Shown in pieces: positions 19,096-26,246 of a stretch of 34,200 bases of DNA; position 1 is the stretch's first letter; each line of letters opens with the position of its first letter. The notes under the pieces were generated by a model, which ran no database searches, was not told the DNA's origin, and saw nothing but the letters and a program-made list of their open reading frames with translations. Made by a program: the position numbers and the translations under genes. The DNA comes from a virus (lineage: Duplodnaviria > Heunggongvirae > Uroviricota > Caudoviricetes): IMG/VR virus record IMGVR_UViG_3300027692_000003; one strand, 5' to 3'.

Positions 19096-19766
19096 CCGGA
19101 GTCCCGGGCACGATCCTGCTGGCCGGCATCACCGGCAGCCGTGCCTACGGCCTTGACCATCCCGGGTCCGACACGGACCGGCTGGGCGTGTTCGCGGCAC
19201 CGACGGCCAGCCTGGTCCGGATCACCCGGCCGCTGGCATCGGGGGAGACAGTACGGCCGGGGGACGACGAGCAGTACCACGAAGCCCGGAAATACCTCGC
19301 CCTGGCACTTAAGTGCAATCCCACCGCGACGGAGCTGGCCTGGCTCCCGGACAGCCTGATCGAGGTGCGGACCCCGCTGGGTGATGACCTGATCCTGATC
19401 CGGGAGACGTTCCTGTCCCGCACCCAGATCTCGGCGTCCTACCTGGACTATGCGCGGGCCCAGTACCGGCGCCTCAAGGGCAGTACCGGGCATCCACGGA
19501 CAGCGAAGCATGCCCGTCACCTTGCCAGGCTCCTGGTCCAGGGGCAGCAGCTGCACCGCGACGGGCGTCTTGCCCTGCGGCTGGAGGACCCGCAGTGGTT
19601 CCGTGACTTCGGGGACCGGGTGGCGGCCGGTGACCTCACCCTGTGCGAGATCCTCCTCTCCGAAGCGGAACAGGCATTCCGGAAGCCGTCGCCGCTGCCT
19701 GAGAACCCCGTCACCGACGCCGCCGAAGCATGGCTGTACCGGGTCAGGCGGGACCACTGGGAATAG
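19092..19766 (+). CDS. Pol-beta-fold nucleotidyltransferase (RlaP/YcgL-like)
   Basis: GTGA coupling; GSRAYGL..PGSDTD, LALKCNP, KHARHLARLL. Confidence 0.8.
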   Translation: MTGVPGTILLAGITGSRAYGLDHPGSDTDRLGVFAAPTASLVRITRPLASGETVRPGDDEQYHEARKYLALALKCNPTATELAWLPDSLIEVRTPLGDDLILIRETFLSRTQISASYLDYARAQYRRLKGSTGHPRTAKHARHLARLLVQGQQLHRDGRLALRLEDPQWFRDFGDRVAAGDLTLCEILLSEAEQAFRKPSPLPENPVTDAAEAWLYRVRRDHWE

Positions 19767-19788
19767 CCCCTCGGGTAGGTTCTGGTGC

Positions 19789-20175
19789 ATGGCGAAATAC
19801 GGCGATGCCCGCTGGCTCACCGAGCTACGCGCGATGGTCGCGCAGCGGCTGAAAGAGCAGAACACCACGCAGGTAGCCCTCGCCGAGCACCTCGGCATCA
19901 CCCCGAAGCACATGAACCAGTTCCTGCAAGGCACCGTCCTTGCGGGTAACCCGCTGCTGCTGGAACGCATGGCCGAAGCGGTGGGCCTCCGCATCACCAT
20001 CGCTGACTCGGGCCAGCCACCGCCACCGCTCCGCAAGCTGAGGCAGCGCCGGGCACAGGTCAAGGCACTCGCCGGCCTCGCGACCGCGAACGAAGAGGAC
20101 CTGGCCTACGTCCTGTCCGGCATCGATGGCGGGACCCGGGACCGGCTCAGGGCTTTGCTCGGCGGCGGGGAGTAA
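19789..20175 (+). CDS. XRE-family HTH regulator (probably leaderless)
   Basis: TTQVALAEHLGITPKHMNQFLQG; TAGGTT -10-like hexamer 7 nt before ATG. Confidence 0.8.
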   Translation: MAKYGDARWLTELRAMVAQRLKEQNTTQVALAEHLGITPKHMNQFLQGTVLAGNPLLLERMAEAVGLRITIADSGQPPPPLRKLRQRRAQVKALAGLATANEEDLAYVLSGIDGGTRDRLRALLGGGE

Positions 20176-20268
20176 GCGCTACCCGCCCCCGGCCAGTGCC
20201 ACCAGACCGGGGAATCGCGGGGCACCGGCCGGGCCGGCACGGTATCGTGTCCACCCGGGAAACAGGGG

Positions 20269-22023
20269 GTGAGGGCTGTCGAGACACGCATGATCCAGCA
20301 GGCGTACCGGTTCGCCCTGGACCCCACCCCCCGGCAGGAGCGCATGCTCCGCTCCCACGCCGGCGCGGCCCGGTTCGCCTACAACTGGGGCAACGCGCAG
20401 ATCATCGCGGCCCTCGACGCGCGCGAAGCGGAGAAAGCCGCCGGGACGGAACCGGGCACCCCGGTACCGTCCCACTTCGACCTGTGCAAGATGTGGACGG
20501 CATGGAAGGACGCCCACGCCGCCGACCCGGAACCGCCGGAGGGTGAGCGCCGGACGAGCACCGCGTGGGTCAGCGAGAACTTCGTCGGCACCTACCAGGC
20601 CGCCCTGCGGGACGCGGCGAAAGCCTGGTCTGACTACTTCAAGTCCGCGAGAGGCGAACGTAAAGGACGCCGACTCGGCCGGCCCAGGTTCAAGAAACGG
20701 GGCCGGGCCCGTGACTCTTTCCAGGTCCACGGCACCACCCTCCGTCCCGTCGCAGCATCTGGTGACGGCGTCGCGTTCCGTGCCCGCCACCTCAGCCCCG
20801 GCTCGCACCGGGACGTCATCGTCCTGCCGAAGATCGGGCCGATCCTCCTCCACGAGTCCGCCCGGAAACTGCGCCGCCGCCTCGGCAAAGGCGAGGTCCC
20901 GTGCCCGGAATGCTGCCAGGCCGGCGTCGTACCTGCCACGGGCAGCACGAGACGCAAGGATGAGGTGCCGTGCCCGGCCGGGATGCATGCGGGTGCCGGG
21001 TGCCTGGTGTGCGACGGCGGCGGCCGGGTCCGCCCGTGCCCGGCATGCGGCGGCAGGCTGGCTGTCCCGGCCGCCCGGATCATCCGGGGCACCGTCGCGA
21101 GGGACAGTGACGGCCGCTGGTATATCAGCCTGACCGCGGAGATCGCCCGCGAGGTCCGCACCCGCACCGTCAGGGAGGTCCAGCCGGCCGGGACCGTGAC
21201 CCGGACCGCGGTGCCGGCGCCGACGGCGCGGCAGCGTGCGGGCGGTGTCGTAGGGGCCGACTTCGGGGTCCGGGACATTGCTACCCTGTCCGACGGCACG
21301 GCGATCGCGAACCCGCGCCACCTCGAAGCGGCGCTCGGGAAACTGGCGAAGGCACAGCAGGAAGTGGCGCGGTGCGAGAAGGATTCGGCCGGTCGCCGCC
21401 AGGCTGCCGCGAGGGTGGGGCGGCTGCATGCCAGGGTGAAGCACCTGCGGCTCGACGCCCTGCACAAGGCCACAAGCACCCTGGTCCAGTCGCGGGCGGT
21501 CATCGCCGTGGAGGGTTTCGACGTGCAGGAGACGGCACGGTACCGCCGGGGCGGGAAGGTAGACCGCGGCAAGGCGGAAGGCCGGGAGAAAGTCCCCGGC
21601 AAGGTACGGCAGGCCAGGAACCGTGCCCTGGCCGACACCGGGATCGGGATCGCCCGGTGGCAGCTGCAGTCCAAGGGTGCCTGGTACGGATGCCAGGTCC
21701 TGGTGATGGATAAGCACGCGCCGACCGGGCGGACATGCTCGGCGTGCGGGACGGCGAAAGCCAAGCCGGTCCCGCCCGCGGAAGAGATGTTCACCTGCGA
21801 GGCTTGCGGGGGCGTGATGCCGCGGCGGGTGAATACTGCCCGTGCGCTCGCATCACGTGCCCGTGTGAGCGTGTCCGTCGCCCCGAGTACCGGGGAGACG
21901 CTAAACGCCCGTGGAGGTGATGTAAGACCTGCCGCGGCTCGCCGTGGCGGGCAGTCGCCGTTGAAGCGGGAAGCCAGCACCCGGCCACCTGGCCGGGGTG
22001 AGCCTGGCAGTCCTGGCGGCTAA
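20269..22023 (+). CDS. tnpB: IS200/IS605 TnpB-family protein, CRISPR-adjacent, RuvC-III Asp missing, with Zn-finger insertion
   Basis: AYRFALDPT..Q...L..HAGAARFAYNW; GRPRFKKR; GADFG (RuvC-I); AVEG (RuvC-II); CSACG..CEACG; PRRVNTA where DRD.NAA is expected; alternative start ATG 20290. Confidence 0.9.
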   Translation: MRAVETRMIQQAYRFALDPTPRQERMLRSHAGAARFAYNWGNAQIIAALDAREAEKAAGTEPGTPVPSHFDLCKMWTAWKDAHAADPEPPEGERRTSTAWVSENFVGTYQAALRDAAKAWSDYFKSARGERKGRRLGRPRFKKRGRARDSFQVHGTTLRPVAASGDGVAFRARHLSPGSHRDVIVLPKIGPILLHESARKLRRRLGKGEVPCPECCQAGVVPATGSTRRKDEVPCPAGMHAGAGCLVCDGGGRVRPCPACGGRLAVPAARIIRGTVARDSDGRWYISLTAEIAREVRTRTVREVQPAGTVTRTAVPAPTARQRAGGVVGADFGVRDIATLSDGTAIANPRHLEAALGKLAKAQQEVARCEKDSAGRRQAAARVGRLHARVKHLRLDALHKATSTLVQSRAVIAVEGFDVQETARYRRGGKVDRGKAEGREKVPGKVRQARNRALADTGIGIARWQLQSKGAWYGCQVLVMDKHAPTGRTCSACGTAKAKPVPPAEEMFTCEACGGVMPRRVNTARALASRARVSVSVAPSTGETLNARGGDVRPAAARRGGQSPLKREASTRPPGRGEPGSPGG

Positions 22024-22072
22024 CTGCCAGGCGTCCACGTAACCCTGCCCGGGAAGGGCTGCCTAACTCAAC
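21854..22072 (+). ncRNA. putative omegaRNA/tracrRNA-like scaffold overlapping tnpB 3' end (boundaries approximate)
   Basis: Series of hairpins (CCCCG/CGGGG, CCCGGCC/GGCCGGG, GCCTGGCAGT/ACTGCCAGGC); AGACGCTAAACGCCCGTGGAGG..GTAAGACC..TGAAGCGGGAA resembles actinobacterial TnpB tails; segments complementary to the array repeat. Confidence 0.55.
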
Positions 22073-22111
22073 AGTGGCAAGAGTGCCCTATAAGCATGCA
22101 GCTCAGGAAGA

Positions 22112-23118
22112 GTGCAGCCCGCGGGCAGGTGGACGGCGGAAGGGGTGGTTTTCCCGGGCTTGGCCTGGCTTGGTGCAGCCCGCGGGCAGGTGGGCGACGG
22201 TAGCTGAGCCACTTTACGATGCATACCGGTCTGGTGCAGCCCCTGGGCACGTGGGCGACGGACACCGTAAGAACGAACAGGCGTTCTGGTTCAAGTGCAG
22301 CCCCTGGGCACGTGGGCGACGGACAACGTACCCGCCGAGGACTGGGGGCATTGGCGTGCAGCCCCTGGGCACGTGGCGACGGGAAGCTCGGTCCGCGCAC
22401 AGCGTCGGCGCGTATGTGCAGCCCCTGGGCACGTGGGCGACGGATGATCTACGTCACTAACACGTCTCGGCGTGGTGTGCAGCCCCTGGGCACGTGGGCG
22501 ACGGTTAGGCGCTGCTCTACGACGCGGGAGCGATCCAGTGCAGCCCCTGGGCACGTGGGCGACGGTACTCTGAGCTGGCTTGCCGATAGCCAGGACGTGC
22601 AGCCCCTGGGCACGTGGGCGACGGTTAGGCGCTGCTCTACGACGCGGGAGCGATCCAGTGCAGCCCCTGGGCACGTGGGCGACGGCAGGTCGATCGTAAC
22701 CCAGCCCCGTGGTTGCTGGTGCAGCCCCTGGGCACGTGGGCACGTGGGCGACGGACAACGTACCCGCCGAAGACTGGGGGCATTGGCGTGCAGCCCCTGG
22801 GCACGTGGGCGACGGTAGATCCGGCTCACCTCTTCGGTGAGCTGCTGAGTGCAGCCCCTGGGCACGTGGGCGACGGTACTCTGAGCTGGCTTGCCGATAG
22901 CCAGGACGTGCAGCCCCTGGGCACGTGGGCGACGGGGAAATGGAGAAGCGCATCGCCGCCACCAACATGTGCAGCCCCTGGGCACGTGGGCGACGGATGA
23001 CTCTCAAGTCCTCTAGCTGCAATGATCACGTGCAGCCCCTGGGCACGTGGGCGACGGGCTTGTGAGACCGATGCCAACCTCGATGATCTCGTGCAGCCCC
23101 TGGGCACGTGGGCGGACC
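22112..23118 (+). CRISPR. CRISPR array 1: 17 repeats (GTGCAGCCCCTGGGCACGTGGGCGACGG, 28 bp), 16 spacers
   Basis: Repeats start 22112, 22173, 22234, 22295, 22356, 22416, 22477, 22538, 22597, 22658, 22719, 22788, 22849, 22908, 22969, 23030, 23091; spacers 33 bp (two of 31); first two and last repeats degenerate; strand inferred. Confidence 0.95.
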
Positions 23119-23285
23119 GGCCGGTGGGAACCCGCCGACTTCGGCGGGATTACCTTGATGCTCAGGCCTGGCCGGCGGTCCCCGAGCTGAGCCCTCCGGG
23201 CTTCGCTGACCCGGCACCGGTGCCGGCGCTAGGCTGACCTCATGTCCCTGACCACCGCTACCGCCGCGGCGGGGGGACCGGTACG

Positions 23286-23795
23286 GTGAGCCATGTCGTG
23301 AGGCACTGGTACCGGACCCTCTCCAGGCCCGCGATGCCGGCGTGGCAGTCGTCCTGCCGGGACTGCACCGCGGCCACACTGCTGCACCGGGCCAGGATCA
23401 CCGCAGTGACCGGCCTCGGGCTGGTCACCGCCGGGTATGCCGCGGCGATCGCCGCCTTGTGGCAGCCCCGTGACAGCGGCACCTGGTACGGCGCCGCTCA
23501 TGGCCTGACCCTGGCCGCGCTGGCCTGTTTCGTGTGCTTCGCCGGGATGACGGCCACGGCCAGGGGGCGGGCACGCAGCGTGGACCGTACCTGGCAGCCG
23601 CCCTGTACCGCTCCCGGGGCGCCTCGCAGCACGGACCTGGTGTTCTGGTGCATCTGCTGCAACGCCACCAGCCCCCATCCTGACGACATAGCGCACAGCT
23701 ACTGTGCACGCTGCCACTGGTTCGCTGCTGACCCGGAACCACCCGGCCGCGGTCACCTTGACCTGCCGTGCCCGGCACGGGAATACCGGCTGTGA
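23286..23795 (+). CDS. membrane protein
   Basis: Two hydrophobic helices; C-terminal CxxC..S.HPDD....YC.RCH. Confidence 0.5.
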   Translation: MSHVVRHWYRTLSRPAMPAWQSSCRDCTAATLLHRARITAVTGLGLVTAGYAAAIAALWQPRDSGTWYGAAHGLTLAALACFVCFAGMTATARGRARSVDRTWQPPCTAPGAPRSTDLVFWCICCNATSPHPDDIAHSYCARCHWFAADPEPPGRGHLDLPCPAREYRL

Positions 23796-23808
23796 CCCGC
23801 GTCCCGTG

Positions 23809-24279
23809 CTAGATGGTGATGATCCTCGGACCGCGGCCGTCCTCGTCGGTGAGGGCCGCGAACAGCTGGTCCATCATGGCCACCTCAGCCGGCCGGACAT
23901 CACCCGCCTGGACCCGGGCTATCGCTTCCTTCCACCGCGCGGGCATGTCGACCGGCGGCACGGCGACAGCAGCGAGCTGGCCTGCGCAATCGGCCGGGGT
24001 CCGGAAGTAGAACGTGCAGTACGTGCCGTCGAACCGGTCATCAGCGTCCCGCAGGTACAGCGGATGCGCGGCAAGCTCACGGTTGCTCCCGGCGCACGCC
24101 TCGTTGTCCCGGTTCGGGCCGCCCTGCCGCAGGTAGATGGCGATGACCGGCCCGTCAGGGGAGGTCTCCACCCAGGCGTCACGGAACCTGGGGACCGGGG
24201 GGAGGCTGAGCATCCCCATGTAGAGGGCACCGCGGCCCTGCTGATGGCCGTCCCCGAGGACGATGTCGTACAAGCCCAT
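23809..24279 (-). CDS. phage hypothetical protein
   Basis: RFRDAW, RQGGPNR, HPLYLRDADDRFDGTY; coherent protein-like composition. Confidence 0.7.
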   Translation of the reverse strand: MGLYDIVLGDGHQQGRGALYMGMLSLPPVPRFRDAWVETSPDGPVIAIYLRQGGPNRDNEACAGSNRELAAHPLYLRDADDRFDGTYCTFYFRTPADCAGQLAAVAVPPVDMPARWKEAIARVQAGDVRPAEVAMMDQLFAALTDEDGRGPRIITI

Positions 24280-24375
24280 AGCCCGTTAACGTAGCAGGAA
24301 GGACCGCACGTAACGGTGCTGCGGTATTTCGCCCCGGATTGTCTACTGCCAGGGAAATACCCGCATCTTATTCCG

Positions 24376-24405
24376 TTGCCACTCCCGGTGACAGGTGCCT
24401 ACCAT
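24376..24405 (+). promoter_or_regulatory. putative promoter of the tRNA operon (leaderless)
   Basis: TTGCCA-18 nt-TACCAT, then 6 nt, then ATG 24412. Confidence 0.6.
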
Positions 24406-24411
24406 AGGGCT

Positions 24412-24528
24412 ATGACGTTCTGGCAGGCCACGGCGACACGGCACGGGTATGAGAACCCGTGCACGCTGTCCTCCGCTGCCATGCTGCGCGAAGACAGCCA
24501 GCCCAGGACCGGGATGGTCGCCATGTAG
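24412..24528 (+). CDS. putative leaderless leader peptide (38 aa)
   Basis: MTFWQATATRHGYENPCTLSSAAMLREDSQPRTGMVAM; ATG at the expected TSS; ends 21 nt before a terminator. Confidence 0.5.
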   Translation: MTFWQATATRHGYENPCTLSSAAMLREDSQPRTGMVAM

Positions 24529-24549
24529 CCCCGAGGAGGAGCAGACGGC

Positions 24550-24590
24550 GACCGCCCCAGGGGAAAGCCCCGAGGGGCGGTTTTCATTTT
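24550..24590 (+). terminator. intrinsic terminator / attenuator upstream of first tRNA
   Basis: GACCGCCCC..GGGG-AAAG-CCCC..GGGGCGGTT followed by TTCATTTT. Confidence 0.7.
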
Positions 24591-24593
24591 CAT

Positions 24594-24666
24594 AGGGGTA
24601 TAGCTCAGACGGCAGAGCGGTGGTCTCCAAAACCACAGGTCGCGGGTTCGAAGCCTGCTACCCCTG
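24594..24666 (+). tRNA. trnW: tRNA-Trp(CCA)
   Basis: AGGGGTA/TACCCCT acceptor; GTGGT-CTCCAAA-ACCAC; TTCGAAG T-loop. Confidence 0.92.
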
Positions 24667-24785
24667 CGAGCACCACCCTCCGGGGTGAACGTGCCTGGCA
24701 CTACTTGACATGTCCATAGCGTGAGCATCAACAGGCAGGCTGCCGAGCCTGCCGACGCCGTCGCGGCTCCGGCTGCGGCGGTCTC

Positions 24786-24859
24786 GGGCTGCTAGCTCCA
24801 ACTGGCAGAGCGACTCCCTTGCAAGGAGAAGGCTCTCGGTTCAAATCCGAGGCAGTCCA
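24786..24859 (+). tRNA. trnA: tRNA-Ala(TGC)
   Basis: G3:U70 pair; loop CTTGCAA. Confidence 0.9.
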
Positions 24860-24902
24860 CGCGCGTGAGGATTGCAGCTAAGAGCCGCATATCCTTGCAA
24901 AC

Positions 24903-25376
24903 ATGAACGAGCTGCCCGTGCCCACTAAGCACTGCAAGAAATGCGATCTGGACAAGCCGCTCGGCGATTTCCACAACAGCGCGCGGGCGAAAGATGGCAG
25001 GTGGGCCTACTGCAAGGGCTGCTCAAACGCCCGCGCGCTGGCCTGGTATCACGAGAACAAGGACTCGGCCGAGTACCGCGACTTCTCGTTCAGGCAGCGG
25101 CTCAAGCGGTACGGGATGACCGAAGAGGACTACGCGGCGCTCCTTGCAAGGCAGGGTGGCGGCTGCTCTGTGTGTGGCGTCGCCGAAGGACTGGTCATCG
25201 ACCACGACCACGGGTGCTGCCCATCGAAACGCGGATGCTGTGGCAAATGCGTCCGGGGTCTTCTCTGTCAGCGTTGCAACCGGGTCTTCGGGAACCTTGA
25301 AGACTCGGCTCAACTGGTGAGGGCACTGCTGAGATATGCGGAGTCCCCGCCTAACGGGATGTCGCGTAAGGGTTAG
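24903..25376 (+). CDS. endonuclease VII-like (HNH-superfamily) homing endonuclease
   Basis: LLARQGGGCSVC, IDHDH..C..CGKCVRGLLCQRCN; N-terminal CKKC..KPL.DF..CKGC; stop lies inside tRNA-Pro. Confidence 0.88.
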   Translation: MNELPVPTKHCKKCDLDKPLGDFHNSARAKDGRWAYCKGCSNARALAWYHENKDSAEYRDFSFRQRLKRYGMTEEDYAALLARQGGGCSVCGVAEGLVIDHDHGCCPSKRGCCGKCVRGLLCQRCNRVFGNLEDSAQLVRALLRYAESPPNGMSRKG

Positions 25377-25426
25377 CGCGCCTGGCCTGGGACCAGGCGG
25401 ACGGAGTTCGAGTCTCTGCTTCCCGA
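25355..25426 (+). tRNA. trnP: tRNA-Pro(TGG)
   Basis: CGGGA../..TCCCG acceptor; CCTGG-CCTGGGA-CCAGG. Confidence 0.8.
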
Positions 25427-25504
25427 CTGCAAGACTGCCCGCCTGGGGTAGATGCGGCGGACATTCGCGCCGTCGGCTGGCAGTTGAAGAAAAGCCCCCG
25501 GCAT

Positions 25505-25579
25505 GCCTCCTTAGCTCAGTCCGGCAAGAGCGCTCGGTTGAAACCCGAGAGGTCCTCCGTTCGACTCGGAGAGGAGGAA
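25505..25579 (+). tRNA. trnF: tRNA-Phe(GAA)
   Basis: CTCGG-TTGAAAC-CCGAG; 1:72 mismatch. Confidence 0.85.
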
Positions 25580-25583
25580 CCGT

Positions 25584-25657
25584 GCCCTGCAAGCATTGCG
25601 GCGATGCGCCAGTCCTCCAAACTGGTGAGCGGAGTTCAATTCTCCGGTGGGGCTCCA
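25584..25657 (+). tRNA. trnG: tRNA-Gly(TCC)
   Basis: CCAGT-CCTCCAA-ACTGG; ends TCCA. Confidence 0.85.
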
Positions 25658-25658
25658 T

Positions 25659-25730
25659 GCGCCGCTAGCTCAGCGGTAGAGCAGGTGACTCTTAATCACT
25701 TGGCCGGGGGTTCGATCCCCTCGCGGCGCA
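25659..25730 (+). tRNA. trnK: tRNA-Lys(CTT)
   Basis: GCGCCGC/GCGGCGC; loop CTCTTAA. Confidence 0.92.
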
Positions 25731-25733
25731 CGC

Positions 25734-25807
25734 GGGCGAGTACGTCCAACGGCAGAGCGGCCGGGCTCAAACCTCGGTAGTTGCGGGTCCGAATCCCGCC
25801 TCGCCTA
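25734..25807 (+). tRNA. trnL: tRNA-Leu(CAA), short variable arm
   Basis: GGGCGAG/CTCGCCT; CCGGG-CTCAAAC-CTCGG; T-loop TCCGAAT. Confidence 0.7.
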
Positions 25808-25812
25808 CTCGA

Positions 25813-25886
25813 TGGCCATTAGGAGAATTGGCAGATCCGCCGGGCCCTGGACCCGGAGCTTCCTGGTTCGAGGCCAGGATGGCAGG
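25813..25886 (+). tRNA. trnQ: tRNA-Gln(CTG), 3' end probably damaged
   Basis: CCGGG-CCCTGGA-CCCGG; acceptor TGGCCAT/ATGGCAG with mismatch. Confidence 0.7.
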
Positions 25887-25938
25887 AGGCACCAGCATGA
25901 GGGGCTGGGCAGTGTGCGTTCGAGTCGCACCGGGGACA
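25881..25938 (+). pseudogene. tRNA-Leu(GAG) remnant lacking 5' acceptor strand
   Basis: CCAGC-ATGAGGG-GCTGG arm, GTGCG-TTCGAGT-CGCAC T arm, CGGGGACA end; no pairing 5' strand. Confidence 0.65.
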
Positions 25939-25942
25939 CGAT

Positions 25943-26010
25943 GCCCTTCGGGCCGGCGCCCGCGCGCCCCTTGTAAGGGTGCTGGCCCAGTTCGACCCTG
26001 GGGAAGGGCT
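25943..26010 (+). tRNA. trnT: tRNA-Thr(TGT), atypical D-arm
   Basis: GCCCTTC/GAAGGGC; GCGCCC-CTTGTAA-GGGTGC; CCCAG-TTCGACC-CTGGG. Confidence 0.7.
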
Positions 26011-26015
26011 CTTGA

Positions 26016-26088
26016 TGGGCAGTAGCTCAACTGGCAGAGCTGCGGTTTTTGGTGCCGCCGGTTTCAGGTTCGAACCCTGATTGCCCAG
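26016..26088 (+). tRNA. trnQ: tRNA-Gln(TTG)
   Basis: TGGGCAG/TTGCCCA; GCGGT-TTTTGGT-GCCGC. Confidence 0.88.
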
Positions 26089-26098
26089 CGTTTTCAGT

Positions 26099-26167
26099 GC
26101 CCTTCGGACCGGCGTCCACGCGTCCTTGGTATGGACGCGTCGCCCGGCTCGGCACCGGGGAAGGGCT
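26099..26167 (+). tRNA. trnT: tRNA-Thr(GGT), atypical D-arm
   Basis: GCCCTTC/GAAGGGC; GCGTCC-TTGGTAT-GGACGC; divergent T-loop CTCGGCA. Confidence 0.65.
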
Positions 26168-26171
26168 CTAT

Positions 26172-26242
26172 GCGGATGTGGTGTAGTGGCAGCTCATCAC
26201 CTTGCCATGGTGAAAGTCCGGGTTCGATTCCCGGTATCCGCT
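26172..26242 (+). tRNA. trnG: tRNA-Gly(GCC)
   Basis: GCGGATG/TATCCGC; TCACC-TTGCCAT-GGTGA. Confidence 0.88.
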
Positions 26243-26246
26243 CCGA

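Noticed and set aside
20176-22075. Intact IS200/IS605 or IS607 transposon
   Set aside because: No tnpA or serine recombinase nearby and no left end recognisable; CTCAAC at 22067-22072 is only weakly right-end-like
22068-23237. ORFs with repeated peptides across array 1 (and 33646..34101 across array 2)
   Set aside because: Translations of CRISPR repeats
24705-24710. TTGACA as internal promoter (also 33293-33298)
   Set aside because: No TANNNT at 16-18 nt spacing
25430-25503. Possible additional tRNA between Pro and Phe
   Set aside because: No T-loop or acceptor pairing could be built
25734-25807. TCA-anticodon (Sec/opal suppressor) reading of GGCTCAAAC
   Set aside because: Stem CCGGG/CTCGG centres the 7-nt loop on CAA; no long variable arm
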